From assembly GCA_965113315.1 (NCBI GenBank), contig OZ220375.1: a stretch of 64,000 nt of DNA. One strand, given 5' to 3'. This DNA is from Podarcis vaucheri (taxonomy: Eukaryota). Positions 39,801 to 52,709 of the stretch are shown piece after piece. Numbering within the stretch: the first letter of the stretch is position 1; every line of letters begins with the position of its first letter. The notes under the pieces were generated by a model, which saw only the letters and a program-made list of their open reading frames with translations, was not told the origin of the DNA and did not search any database. Position numbers and translations under genes: made by a program.

Positions 39801-42340
39801 CAGGTCCAGGGAACACAGTGTCTGGAAACATTACCTTCCACATGCCCCAAGTAGCGGCGTGGAAAGCGGTTGGAAGGGGCTCCCATTTGCAGGATTAGAT
39901 GGTGGACGGAGAAATTGCAGGTGGTCAGGAACAAAAAAGTCCCACTTTCCCACCCTCCTGGGCAAGAGGAGGAGATGGGTAGCACCGAGTCAAAAGATTG
40001 CAACCCCAGAAGGCCTTGCATGATTTCAAGAGAGGAGCTGGTGATAGTATCCTACTGCTAGACAAGAGCACACATACTTGGAGGTCCCCTCCCTTCTTAG
40101 AAGACTGCAGGAGCAGAGGAACACAATCCCTCTCCCCTTCCAAGTTCAGCTCAGATTCTACTAAGGCCTGTATCAAATTAAGTGTATACACACGGAGACA
40201 CACACAGTTCCACAGAACATCCTCCCTCAACGGAATGTTCCGCTCCTTCCAGCCATGGAATGTGTAGCTCCCCATTGGCACCTAATTACCTGAGCCTCCT
40301 TCCCCCGCCCCCCAACCTCCTGGCCCAGCCATCTGGAGCTAAGGTGGTTCCTTGCTTTTAGCCAAAGATCTCGCCCTCTCCAACTGGAACAAGTCTCACC
40401 TCCTGTGCATCGTGCAGCGCCAGCCAACTGGATAACTTTCATTCTGTTTTCCTGGCCTCAGTTATCTTTTTTGGAACTCAGTTCCCTAAGGCTGAAGGGT
40501 TCTACTGCATGCCAGTTATTAAGACACAGAAAAGCAGAGAGAAGAGGACTGCATTGCCATCGCTCTCTTTTCCATTCCATTAATTTTACACCCAAGGTGT
40601 GGGGAAACTCCCATTCCAGCTGTGCATCAATCCCCAGAGCACATCTCCATCCTGCCCTCCATCTCAGCCCTCCTTAGGTCTCAGGTGGCTAGACAACGAA
40701 CCCCAACATGCCTTTGGCTGCAAACTAAATGTCAAAAGGGCCCTTTGTGCAGCTAAGGGGGTAGAGCGTGATCAGCCAATGGCACTGGCAGCGAAATACA
40801 CACTTGCTTCCCACACAGCCGCGGAGATAAGGAAGCCCCCGCTTTGCAAAACTATTTGTTTTTCAGCCAAGGCAACCATCTGCTTGGAATGTACTGCTGC
40901 CTGAAAAGTTACGAGATAAACCCATCCCAGCCGGGAGTGGCCGGGCTGTGGAAGGAGAGATGGAAAGCATTTTTTCCAGCAGGAAAGAAGATTCACTGTT
41001 CTTCCTCTCCAGCAAAAGGTGACACACCCTCAGCTTTTGAATTCTAAGAGGAAGCAACAAGGCTCTGCGGTAAAGCAAATCGTTTGCATGCAGATGATTC
41101 AAGGTGCAATCCTTGGCATCACCAAATCAGATGGGTTCCAGGTTAACAGAGCTCGACATGGGAGCTTGGGAGGGTTGGTGCCAGTGGAAGAACTGGGCTG
41201 GATGAACCAATGGTCTGACTCAGTATAAAGACCATTTGCTGAGGCCAACAAAATCTGCAAAGTCTCCTCCCTCCACTCTACCTTCCATATGTGTATGTCA
41301 CCACCTTGCAGATTCCACTGCTAAAGGGAAGAGATGCAGGAGCTGCAAGTTCCACATCTTAGCACTGAATTTAGTCACCTCAGCAGTCAAACTCCCTAAT
41401 TTATTCCCCCCCTTAAAGAACTTTGCCATCTGCCTTTTTAAAAAAAACGCACATGCACAACAGATCGAAAACAGCTCATAGTAATTTTCTAATGGAGTCG
41501 TTACCCCCAATGGAAGTGGATTTTGCAATCTGGAAAGGTATTTATATTTGAGGAGCAGAAGGTTAATTATTTTGCACCTCTAAATAACCTAGGTGCAATT
41601 TTTCACCCTTTGCGAAAACCTTGCTGAGAATGGTTTGGCTGCAGCTCATCACCAGCTATCCAAATTATGATCAACTGATGCAACAGGGAACCTCTCCTCC
41701 ACCCCCCACCCCAACACACACTCCAGCCACTTGCTCTGTACTGATAGAAAACAGCACCTTGAAAGAACTCCAAAGTTGTCTCTCTGGCTTTCTCCTCAAA
41801 GTTTTCAGTTAAGAGTCACTTAAACCAGCAGTGGGGATTCCTGTACACTCCCAGATATTGACAGCAACTCCTGCCCTACAGCAGAATGACTCAACCGCTC
41901 CTATCTCCAGACACAGCTGGCCCCTGCTGGAAGCTTATTTGTTTTGAACTTGGCACAGAGAAGAAAAGGCTGGGCCAGGACAGCAATCCCTGGCCCCTAG
42001 CACAAGATCAAGATAACTGCTGATGTCATGATTGCTTGGGGTGCAGCTGCTATTGTTCTGCTAAGATGGGCTTTCCTGACAAGGAGTGGAGCCCAGTCAA
42101 ACCAGTCACTGAAACTTGAAGTAGGGTCATGAAAACAAATGTCACAAGCCAGGCCTACCAAGAGCAGGAGTTAAAGCTGGGTTAGGAAAAATCAAGCTGG
42201 ATTCTGGAGGCAGCCTACAGCTCTAAAATGTAAGAAAACTGCTACTGCACATGGAAGTGTTGACACAATATGGTCATCATAATTATTCATCAACAGCATA
42301 CAAACTTACTATATGTGTCCATTCATTTAAGTTTACACTA

Positions 42341-42671
42341 CAGTGGTGCCCCGCAAGACGAATGCCTCGCAAGACGGAAAACTCGCTAGACGAAAGAGTT
42401 TTCCGTTTTGGAGGTGCTTCGCAAAACGAATTTCCTATGGGCTTGCTTCGCAAGACGACAATGTCTTGCAAGTTCCTGCTGGGTTTTTTTCCTCCCCCCC
42501 CCCCCTTTTTCTAATCCGCTAATCCGCTTATCAGCTGATCCGATCAGCAGATAAGCGGCTAAAAGCCGCTAATAGCGCTAATCCTTCAATGGGCTTGCTT
42601 CACAAGACGAAAAAACCGCTAGACGAAGAGAATCAGAGAACGGATTCTTTTCGTCTTGCGAGGCACCACTG
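42341..42671. mobile_element. Tc1/mariner (pogo/Tigger-like) MITE, young and CpG-rich
   Basis: 21-bp terminal inverted repeats cagtggtgcc(c/t)cgcaagacga, TA target site duplication, repeated cgcaagacga motifs, internal hairpin near 42523-42558. Confidence 0.9.
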
Positions 42672-43240
42672 TATTCTGCTTCTACAGCAAATTGATTCTA
42701 GAGGCTGAAGCACTTTCTGCAAGAATTGGGAATTTTTAGTTTAGAAAAAGGGACAGGGTGGCAAAAGTTTATGAAATCATGGTGTATGGATAGTATTTTT
42801 TTTATAATGCTGAGATATACCAGGCACCCATTAGTTGTTCTTTTTTGTTCTGACAAGCTTTTCCAGCTGGATGTAAAGATATCTGCCTTGGGTTTAAAGA
42901 ACAAAACAAGATGAACGGCTGTCTTCACTTTTGTCTACTATACTGTCCTTAAAACTATTCTAGCTGTTTGCATGTGCCTGCAAATGGATCTTAGTTCTAA
43001 TCCAGTAGTGCTATGCCTATGATCTTAGTGAACAGCATGGAAGACTTTGCATGCCATCCTTTTTGCAAACTACAGCAGTTTTCTATGGGCAGCTCTCCCA
43101 GGGTTCAGGCAGGAGCACTTCCCATCCATGCTTCTTGAGATACTTTAAGTAGAGATGACAGAGATCAAACATGATGCAAACTTTGTACCCACTGTGTTTT
43201 TGTTTGTTTGCAGTGCAGAGCTGTACCAGATGACACTTAC

Positions 43241-43412
43241 CAGTGCAAGCGGAGGGCATGCAGGAAAGCAGAGAGGCCCTCCATGATCAGCAAGATGGCC
43301 ACTGTCAGGGTGGCAAAGGCAGCAAATACGAAGAACATGCCGAACCCACCAGCCAAGCTCTTTGCGCTGAGGCCCACACGCATCACCATGGACCAGAGGA
43401 CCTCAGAAAGCT
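43241..43412 (-). CDS. ATP6V0A1: ATP6V0A1 coding exon ([14 protein letters not shown]...[15 protein letters not shown])
   Basis: 172 bp, cacag acceptor, TG|gtaagt donor. Confidence 0.96.
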
Positions 43413-43958
43413 CTGTGATGAGAAAGACAGGAAGAATGATCACCGATCAGCAAGGGCCACAGCTCTGGAGAAGAGGGATTGCATGCCTGCCTTCACTCTA
43501 GCTGCTCCTCTTTGGAGGGCAGTGCCCACTGCTCTAATAAAAGTGAGATTTCGGAAGGTGGATGAGTTCCCAAAGTGAGCTGTGCTCCTAAATCCCACCC
43601 CAGACCAATTTTCCTTTTAAGAAAAAGCAAAGCCTCCTCCTGCTTAGGGTCCAAATTCTGCACTCTGTGGACATTTCGAACTCATTCTCACAAGCTACCC
43701 AATGCTCCCCTTCAGAGAACTCAGAAGATTTCAATAAGAATTTTGGGTGGGCAAAAAAAGATACTGGGCAGAGAGGAGACTGCTACATAGTCTTCTAGCC
43801 CTCTCTACATGACACGACCTGGAATGAGAGTACACAAAAGTCACTGGCTACTACCACAGGGAAAAGGGCTTGTGACACCTTCCCCCTATTCTCACAGCTC
43901 AGATTTCCCCTTCCTCATCCCTGGACTCAAAAGAGCCAGCCATGGTGAAGCTACTCAC

Positions 43959-44076
43959 GTGCATGCGCCAGGCTAAGCGCCCAGAGACGAAGGTATGATG
44001 CTGTGTTGGAGATGCAGCCCAGGCAGTATTCGATGGTATGGATGGCCTGGTGAACAGCAGTGTCCCCAAAGTCAAA
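43959..44076 (-). CDS. ATP6V0A1: ATP6V0A1 coding exon ([39 protein letters not shown])
   Basis: 118 bp, ttgcag acceptor, C|gtgagt donor; carries the essential Arg in [12 protein letters not shown]. Confidence 0.96.
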
Positions 44077-47000
44077 CTGCAAGAGGAAGTAATAAAGCCA
44101 GGTCTGAGTGGTGGGCAGAGTGTGCAGCAACGACTAGACAGCTAGAAAGCAGGAACAGCAGCAGTAGCAGCAACAACAGCAACTAACTCTATTGCAAGGG
44201 CACTCAAAGCTCACAGCTAGAACGCTGGCCAGACTATTTCCCTCTCTGTTCACCAAGACTTGGGAGGATCACTTGCTCAACACAACTCAAAACTGCAGGA
44301 CACTCAGCGCCATTAAAATGTACAAGTGTTCAATGGCTTGTTCAGATCTAAGACTCAACTTGAATGTTCCTCAGCCCTGCCCTTCTTGGTGGTAAACTGA
44401 AAGCTAAGATTTGGTAGCTGGATCAGGCACAGACAGCAGGAGTCACTCTATCCATGTGTCTATGGCAGAATCCTTATTTGCCTGGCATTAATAGGCACTC
44501 AAGTGGCCTTGGAATCCAGAAGTGACAGACTGCAAGGGAAATGGACTTAATTAGGAACAACTAATGTCGGCATACAATCAGGCGAGGCTCACATTTCCAT
44601 TACAAAACTGGGTGCCAGACAGGACCTTGCTTGCCTCTGCTGAGATTTGGTTAAGCCTGCTGTCCCCTCTTGCTTGCCACCCTGTCATCCTCCTCCAAAT
44701 CCTCTTAGGAAATGCTGTTTAAGTCACTGTGGCGAAGGTTTGAATAACAACTAGGAGGAGGAGAAGTGACCAGAGAGAGATTAAGTGTTGCAAAATCAAA
44801 GTTGTGAAAAATCCCATCTTAGTATTTTTGTCTGCCACATCTCAGAATCTCTGGAGTCTTCTAGCAATCAAACGGACTACACCCAGCTAAAGCTGCCAAG
44901 TTCCAAAACTGTTCCAAGATAAAGGTGAATTGAGCGCTCTCTCATTCCCCTCCAGTATCCAGCACAGCAAACATTTCAGACTGAGGAAGGCAAGCTACTT
45001 GTTAACATTTAGGCCTCAAGCTTTGGAACCAAGAAACAAAAATTCTTAGCAAAAGCTGCCCTGATGAGTGTGTGCCAAGCAAGCTATGAAATTACTAGAC
45101 TCCAGGGATGCACATGCTCTACATCAAAATGATCAAAATTTGCTTGGCCTCCTTTTGGCATAATCGAGTCTGATGGATTCCCACCCCCATCCCCACTATA
45201 ATTATATAACTGATCCTGGGTTTTTTTGCTAGTCATGCTGGGGGGGGGGCAGGCAGGGCAGGACAACAAGAAATGGTAGCAGGCAATGAATCCCCAGCTG
45301 CAATAAGCAGGGCAGTTTGTTCCGCTACATTCCACCCCCCACCCCGGCTTCTGACATTTCAGTAGGCATTTGCCCATAAACGTTCAGGCATACCATCACA
45401 GTGAAGAGGGCTAGGAATGTGTTAGGGGGCGGGGGGAGAAGAGGAGTGCAAGTGAAAGCTGACTTTTTCAGGCGGCTGAATTCTGTGCCCAAAGCCTCAT
45501 TCTGCACTCCGTCAGAACTGCAGGACACTGTGCCCTGCCAATCTCCAACATGTATTTGAAGGACAAGCAACAAAGCACAATGCTGTAAGAGCCGACAGGT
45601 GATTGAAAGGATGGCTGCAGCAGCAGAAGATGGATAAACCAACATTAAAATTATAAGCAATATTCCAGTTCTTTTGATGCACTGCTTACTAAGTTAATTT
45701 CCGTACTTTTGCAGCCTGGCAACAGACCCCTCAGGACTGCACTGCTCAGCATTTCCATGGTTATTGTACAAAGGCAGTGGGGGCAATTCAAGCGTTGCTC
45801 TTTTCCTATGCAGAACCTTCTGGGCCCATCCAGCATTTCCCATCACTGCATTGATATCCATGATCAGAGCCTCCTATCAACTGACTGTGATGTGGAGGTT
45901 GCTGCATTTTCTCTTGGCAGAGGCACAAAGATAAAATGTCTATTTTTAACTTTTGCTATCGTTGGCTGCCAGGGAGGTGGCTCTCCACAAAAGCTAGATG
46001 AAGTGACAGGTCATTCATAAAGAAGTCAAAGCAAGGAGCAAATATGCTGTGGAATCCCAATCCACTAACTCCCCCTTTTACTGGTTGATTGTGTCCAGAC
46101 CTGTTGACTTTGAGTAGGTGGCTAGTGAACATTAACACCCCACCTGAAGACTGGCATCCGTCACTCCTAATCTGAATGTTTATCAACTGATTGGCTCAAT
46201 TTGCACAGAACAATAAACCAACTTGGGGAGAACGTCATTTTGCACCTTCTCTGCACTGCTGTGAGCTAAGCCACAGTTTTGCTCAGTGTGTCATCTGAAC
46301 CCAGGCTCGTGGTTTGTCTTCTCTAGAAAAACCACAAGCTGTAAAACCAAGAAACCTTGATGATAGCTTGTGGCTTGTCTAGAGTGGCACGAACCACAAG
46401 TCCAGGCTCTGATGACACTCAGGCCAAACCTGCAGTAACAAGAGGATGGGAGCAGAAGCAAAGTGACTGTGATCTCCTCTTCTGGAACCTGCATGCTCAA
46501 GTGTTTGTGCTAACCATGGTTCAGCTTAGTCAGGTTTTCCCTCCCAGCAACTGTAAAAAAACTAACCTCAGCGTGTCTGTAGTCAGCTCTCTCAGTGAGA
46601 TGTTGCATGAATTGTCCAATGAGTGATCCTGTTGTAAAGTCTTGCCAGAATTTTCAGGAAACGGCCACGAGAATAAGCAAAAAGACCCAGGAGAGCAGGC
46701 CCCAGGGATATTGGAAATTTGGCAATTAAGGGGCACGCTGGAGTTCAGGGGATGGAGGAAGTTGGCTTTTTAAAATAAAGGTACAAACATGTCCACGTCC
46801 CGTTCCAAAGGCTTCTGCTACTTTTGGGATTCTGTTCTACAAATTATTGAGGTGCACAGGTTGTGCACATAACAGTGACGAATATGCAACCCACACCACA
46901 AAAGTCCCCATTAAGAACATGCAGCTGTTCAAACAAACATGTCTTTTGTTTTTAAATGAATATGAAGCTGTTTTCTATGGAAATGGGTATTATTGACCTC

Positions 47001-47160
47001 TGATTACAAGAAGGAGGCATCACAAAATGAGATGCTATGAAAAGATGAAGAAAGAATTTCAAGTCACAGATGCAAATATGCCTAATTCTACAAAATGGTT
47101 TACAGTGATGGGAGCAATGATCTGGATAAAGACAGACAGAGAAACTGGCTACAGGCTTAC

Positions 47161-47178
47161 CACCTCCTCCACGGCAGG
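47161..47178 (-). CDS. ATP6V0A1: ATP6V0A1 18-nt alternative microexon (PAVEEV)
   Basis: ttgtgttttcaag|CCT GCC GTG GAG GAG GTG|gtaagc; same position and length as the mammalian PSEDEV/PTEDEV microexon. Confidence 0.8.
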
Positions 47179-48609
47179 CTTGAAAACACAAGGGAATATT
47201 TGGTTTGGTCATGCATCATTTGATAACACAAGAGCATATCCTCTTTCAGTGCAATATCCTAAAATGCAACTGTGCTCTATCATTGCTGTTGCTGCATTCC
47301 ACTTCATTTTGCATTGGTAACAACTGTGACTTCTCCCCAAGGGAGAGAAGGCCAAGACTGATTTGCCAAACCATCAGCTCTCAGTTTCATCCCTATCATC
47401 ACAATTTGAGGGATATTAGTCTAGTTTTACAGTGCTTCTTGTGTACCAGTTGTGAAAAACTCTGAAAGCTTGTAGTGTACATTGTGCATTGTAGGGGTGT
47501 GTGTGTGTCAAAGCTCAAAGTTAAGAGCACATACTCTGCATGCATTAAGGACCCGCATTTAATCCCTGGTATCTCTAAGGGATTCTCCAAAGGATCTCAG
47601 GAAGTAGAGCTAGGAAAGACTTCCTAACACTCTGGAGAGACACTGTCAATCAAAAGTAGACAGCACTAAGGCTAGGTGGAACAGTCTGATTCAAGATATG
47701 GCAGGTTCATACATTTGCACCAATGGCAATGCCTATTCTCAGAACTTAAAACTGCTTTCCAGCAAGGAACCCTGAGAATGCTCATTTTATATGAAGGCTA
47801 AAACCTCTGTTAGGACAGCAGCCCTCAGGACAGGACAAGACCCATTACTCTGCTCAACTGGCTTACAACTGCCACATCACCAACTATAAGCAGAGATCCT
47901 GTATGCTTGAGTTTTTATTAATGTTTCAGGGGTCTAAGCCATCTCAGTAAGATTGCCTTGTACACAAAGGTAGCGTACAAGGATGCCCTCTTCAAACAGC
48001 GGATAACAAGAGCCTGCACAGCTAAGATGCACCTCCCACCACCCTGAGACATAGTGGTCTGCCTGGAAAAATCGGAAGACCTTCTCCCATGCAGACAAGC
48101 AAACTGAATGGAAGAACCCTTGTTCAGTTCTCTTTGAAACAAGGGCAGCAGTGATGCAGGCCATTCAGAGGTTTCCCATGGGGAAGCGAGGAGATTGTAA
48201 CAGACCCTCAAATCTGACCTGATGTCTTTACTACCCGCCTTGAAAGGGACCCCCGTCCACCACAAACTATTGAGAACTTAAGACACAGCCTCAGCTTATT
48301 ACAACCACCTTTTGAAGGGGGCTGCCCACAGGTTTTTCCAAGTGCCAGAACAAAGACACTACAGGAAGTGTTCCCAAGTGTCAAATTGAGCTTCCCTAGT
48401 CTTAAGAAAAACAGTTACTGGGGCAACACAGTTTCCAAGCAGTCTGCTTTGGCTAGTTTGAGTAAATGTCAGCTGCAAGAGAGGGTAAATGGATACAGAC
48501 CTGGTCTGATCTGGTAATATATGTAAGGAGAGTCATAAAAGGTCCACCCCTTCTTGTAACATCTCCCATATGAAAGTTTGTTGTACAAAGAAAGAATGGG
48601 AGGTCTTAC

Positions 48610-48717
48610 CTCCTCCCCCTCCTCCGAATGGGTTGAGAGCTGGTCGTGCTGGATTATCTCTGCATCTTCTTCAGTTGGGCCATTGCCCACGCGGATCCCA
48701 CCAAAATTGAGTGTCCC
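48610..48717 (-). CDS. ATP6V0A1: ATP6V0A1 coding exon (GTLNFGGIRVGNGPTEEDAEIIQHDQLSTHSEEGEE)
   Basis: 108 bp, tttag acceptor, GAG|gtaaga donor; sequence is diagnostic of the a1 isoform. Confidence 0.96.
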
Positions 48718-48822
48718 CTAAAGCAGACAACAGAGGAGAAAACAAGAAGAGACACACAATCGGTTCATGTTTTAGTATGGAATTGGCATGCAGGGCCATT
48801 AGCAGAACTGGCCCTACCATAT

Positions 48823-48863
<41 letters not shown>
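48823..48863. repeat. (GA)n microsatellite
   Basis: Direct observation. Confidence 0.95.
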
Positions 48864-48867
<4 letters not shown>

Positions 48868-49092
48868 GCCTCAGGCAACAAATTATGGGTACCAGTACAA
48901 CAAATTATGGGTTTCCAGCACTTTTGAGCATCAAGAACTGAGCAATTTGTTAAAGTGTTTTGGCTACTAAAGCATGCTTTGGTCTGTTTTCCAGGGCTCT
49001 TCCTTCTTCAGAACAGCCTAAGCTTGTTCTGCTATGAATCCAAAGGCAGCAAAAGCTGGCGAAACAACATTAGTCTAAAGTAGAGAGCTTAC

Positions 49093-49134
49093 CAGACACT
49101 GGACCTCTCAAAATGGGAAACTAGGGATTAGGGG
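49093..49134 (-). other. Candidate 42-nt poison (premature stop) cassette exon in ATP6V0A1
   Basis: Pyrimidine tract ccttctcttacttctcctctctccccacccctccag, exon CCC CTA ATC CCT AGT TTC CCA TTT TGA GAG GTC CAG TGT CTG, donor CTG|gtaagc. Confidence 0.4.
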
Positions 49135-51159
49135 CTGGAGGGGTGGGGAGAGAGGAGAAGTAAGAGAAGGAGAGCTAGGAATCAAGAATCTCAAATGCTT
49201 TAAAAAAAAAAGGGCTGTATGTTTGCAACATCAGCAAGTACTCTCACAATATTCCCTAGAGAACGATGCAATCAGTGGCCTATGAAATAAATAATCTGTT
49301 AGCAAGTGAAGAAATGGACGCAAAGCCTCCTGAACTCTGCTGCTGGGTATGGCTGACACTGTCTGGCTCTTCGACAACACAAGCAGGGAAGACCAGACCT
49401 GTCCTTACATGGGGAGGCCAGGCCAGGCCAAGTCACTCCTTTTTGGGGCATACATTCAGCCATTTGAGACTCTCCAATGTCTGCAGCCTTCATCGGATGC
49501 TAGGAAGGAATACATTAATAACTATGTTGTTCTTAAAGGCAACTTACTTTGATAAGTCCATAAGGGATTCTTTGTAACATAGATTAATCAGTATTTTTTT
49601 TAAAAAAAGAACATAGATCTGTCTGTGTGTACACCCTTTGCTGTAAGAAATAGATTTGATATATTCTATAAAAAATTGGCAAAAAGAAAACTCATATTGT
49701 TTCTAAGTCTAACGGGACATACTGTGGAATCTGCAGGCTGCAGAGCACCTGACCACCCCATCCCATTGGCTTCCGATTTCACAGATAGTTACTTGAAAGT
49801 CAAATGGGACGCCCATACTCAGAGGCAGAATACCAGATGTTGAGAAGGTTATCAGCTTCAGCCTCAAGCTGGCTTCCAGCTCCAAGAAGCAGCTGGAAAG
49901 AATGCTGGGCTAATGGGCTTTCTGGTCCTATGTTCTTCAGCCCACCTTTGTAGCCTTGAGGGTTAAAACCATTTCCCACATGAAAGCAAGAAATTCTCAA
50001 GTTACCAGATTTTTCATGAGCAGCAAATTCCATGTTCTCGCAGCAAGACTGTAGAACACACAACTTTTTTGCCGGGTTAACTGCTAAATACCACACCCCA
50101 ATTTCACAGCACTAATCACGTGCTTTGTTCCAAAAACCTGGCATGCCATTCAACTGACTGCAGAAGACTTTCTGGAGTGCAACAGCATACCGAAATGCAA
50201 ACAGCTGTTTTGTTCTCCAGCAATTGTCGGTAGGTAGGATACCACTGTCACAACGGCACAGAGAGTTGTGGGCGCAATTAAGAACAGCACTGAAGTGGGC
50301 AGCCAGCAACTCAGTGCACTGCCACAAGGATTCCCAAAGCGACCATTAGCTAGCAGGCAGCAAGAAACTGGTGAAGGCCAGAGACGTGAACTCAGAAGGG
50401 ATGGCATTGCTGAGGAGACACCACCAATTATGGCCCTCTGAAAACATGGGATGCAAATTAAAAACGTACTCGAGAGACAAAAATCCTAGGGAGGACTGTG
50501 AAGAAAGGGAGGGGAGGAAAGCCACAGAAGTGGCAGCTATGCAAAAGCCAAGGGCCTTGGCATCTGGAAAGAGGGGGCTTCCCCCCACATACACACACTA
50601 GGGCGAAGAATCTTTGTGCTGCAACCGTGGTTTTCAAACTGTGTGCCCCAGGAACTCTGAGGTTCCTTAGACACTTAGGAGTTCCACAATTAACATTTAT
50701 AATGACAAGGAAGCTGCCCATAAGGCAGCGTTGTCCATCCTTGCCAATTTCCCTTGCAGTGTGCATCCACAGAGGAGAGTTGGGCGCATCCTAAGACATG
50801 CTCATATACAACTCAGTTTATGATGAGCGGCGGCTGGCCCCAACAAACCTGGACAGCACTCCAAGGAAATGAGGGAGGAACACCCTTGAGCACTGCCTAG
50901 AGTCCTCTGCCAAGCACAACTGCAGGAGACCCTTGGCATACACACCAAAGTTTGAAATCCAACCATATTATATGGTTGCGTTGTGTCCCCTGAGCACGTG
51001 AGTGTAGGGTTTGGAAAGAATGAGATTTCTTGGAACGTATCTTTCCGAGGAAAGGGCCGCTGTGCCGTTCCTCCTCCTCGGGGCAGATACTTTCCAAGGC
51101 CCCTGGGCACCTCCCGTTCTCGCCATGTGCATCCTTTTGGCATCTTTTAATCCACTCAC

Positions 51160-51234
51160 TGTTGCAGCCGCCGCTGCCTCTACTGCCTGCGGACTCTGGG
51201 CTGGGCTGACAGGGGGTTCCACGGGCTGCCCTTC
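51160..51234 (-). CDS. ATP6V0A1: ATP6V0A1 alternative 75-nt cassette exon (EGQPVEPPVSPAQSPQAVEAAAAAT)
   Basis: Very long polypyrimidine tract, tatcag acceptor, ACA|gtgagt donor, phase 0/0 and open frame; resembles an insert I recall from vertebrate a1 isoforms between RRKHL and GTLNFG. Confidence 0.75.
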
Positions 51235-52083
51235 CTGATAGCGAATGGAAGGAAAGAAAAGGGGAAAAGGAGGAGAAAAACAAAGAGAAAAGAAGGGAGA
51301 CGAATGGAGGGGTCATGGGGAGATGAGATGGTCAGAGAAGGAAGAGGGAGCGTCTTTAACCGAGCTGCAATTTGAAGGGCTGTTGCATCTTTAACAGCTT
51401 GCCACAAGAACACCACAGCCGCCACGTCTCTGGAGAATCACAGCAGCAGGTTGGTGTCCTTAAAAGCTTAACGTCACCAGCTGCACAACGGGTTTTAGGA
51501 CTAAACCATTCTGAATGTCTCTGCTGATGGAAGGCTATTTTCCTCCAGCAGAACCACACCAGTTCCGCACTCCCAAGTGGTTGCTTGAGCTCATGCTCCC
51601 TTGAGCAGCAACGTCTCACTCTACATGGGCAAATCTCTTCTGAAACCAAATGGGAGATTCAAAAGCCTCTTTTGTGAAACAGGGGCCGGCTGGTCAAAAG
51701 AAAGGGTTTTTTAAAAAATCCCAGTGGGTTGGGGCACACTTAAAGCAGCTCTGTGGATCCCAACCATGGGTGGCAAATGCATGCATATGAACCAGGATTT
51801 CGGATGGATCCAGAAAGCGACCAGTGGTCATGAGAGATGCTGCCTGTTTGCTAAATTACAGCTGTGCCTCTGCCTGCAAGCAGGATTTAAACTGCAATCC
51901 TAAACCTGAAAGCAAGTCCCAATGATTCCAGTACGTTTTCATTCTAAGAAAGTATGCTTAGGACTGAAGTGCTAACAGAGCTCCATCTGGATGCAGATCT
52001 CCGTCGCAGAAATCCAGACTAAACCTCTAGTATCTGAACAAATGAGACCTACAAAGGAAAGAGGGAAAAACAGATTCACCCAC

Positions 52084-52191
52084 CAAGTGCTTTCTTCGCA
52101 AGTACTGCTGGCGAAGGACCAGAGGTTTGGCAACCAGCATCCACGGCACACACAGCAATGCTACCACAACCAGGAAGCACTGGAGCCCTTT
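52084..52191 (-). CDS. ATP6V0A1: ATP6V0A1 coding exon (KGLQCFLVVVALLCVPWMLVAKPLVLRQQYLRRKHL)
   Basis: 108 bp, cacag acceptor, TTG|gtgggt donor. Confidence 0.95.
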
Positions 52192-52477
52192 CTGTGGGGA
52201 ACAGAGATGAGGGAGTGAGATTATCACCAACAGGCAAGCACATTCAGTTCCCTAAGCCCTCCTGCCTGCGTTTGAGTGAAGAACCCTTTCAGATTTTTTC
52301 AGGAGAACTTGCCCACACTTCCCTGTTGCCACAGGGTCTAGAAACTTGCTCTTACATCAAAACTCGTATTCTAAAATTGCATAAATGCTAGCAGATACAG
52401 ATGTGTGTGCTCCTGCACAAACCTCACAACAAATGGGAGCTTCTGTATGTTTTCATGTGGTTTGCAAAGGAGTAGTT

Positions 52478-52592
52478 CTTGCTGAAATGCCAAGGTTGCA
52501 GGTTCGATCCCCATATGGGACAGCTGCATATTTCTGCACTGAAGGGGGTTGAACTAGATGATCCTCAGGATCCTTTCCAATTCTATGATTCT
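52478..52592 (+). mobile_element. 5'-truncated tRNA-derived SINE with CR1-type tail
   Basis: B-box ggttcgatccc followed by gttgaactagatgatcctcagga...ttccaattctatgattct. Confidence 0.7.
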
Positions 52593-52709
52593 TTCCCCTC
52601 CCAGCTCAGCAGTAGATTTCCCCCCCCCCACACACACGCACACTTAAAGCCAGAACGAGGAAGGCGCTGCTTTCTGCAAAACAGCTCTTGCCCTCACCAA
52701 ACCACCTAC

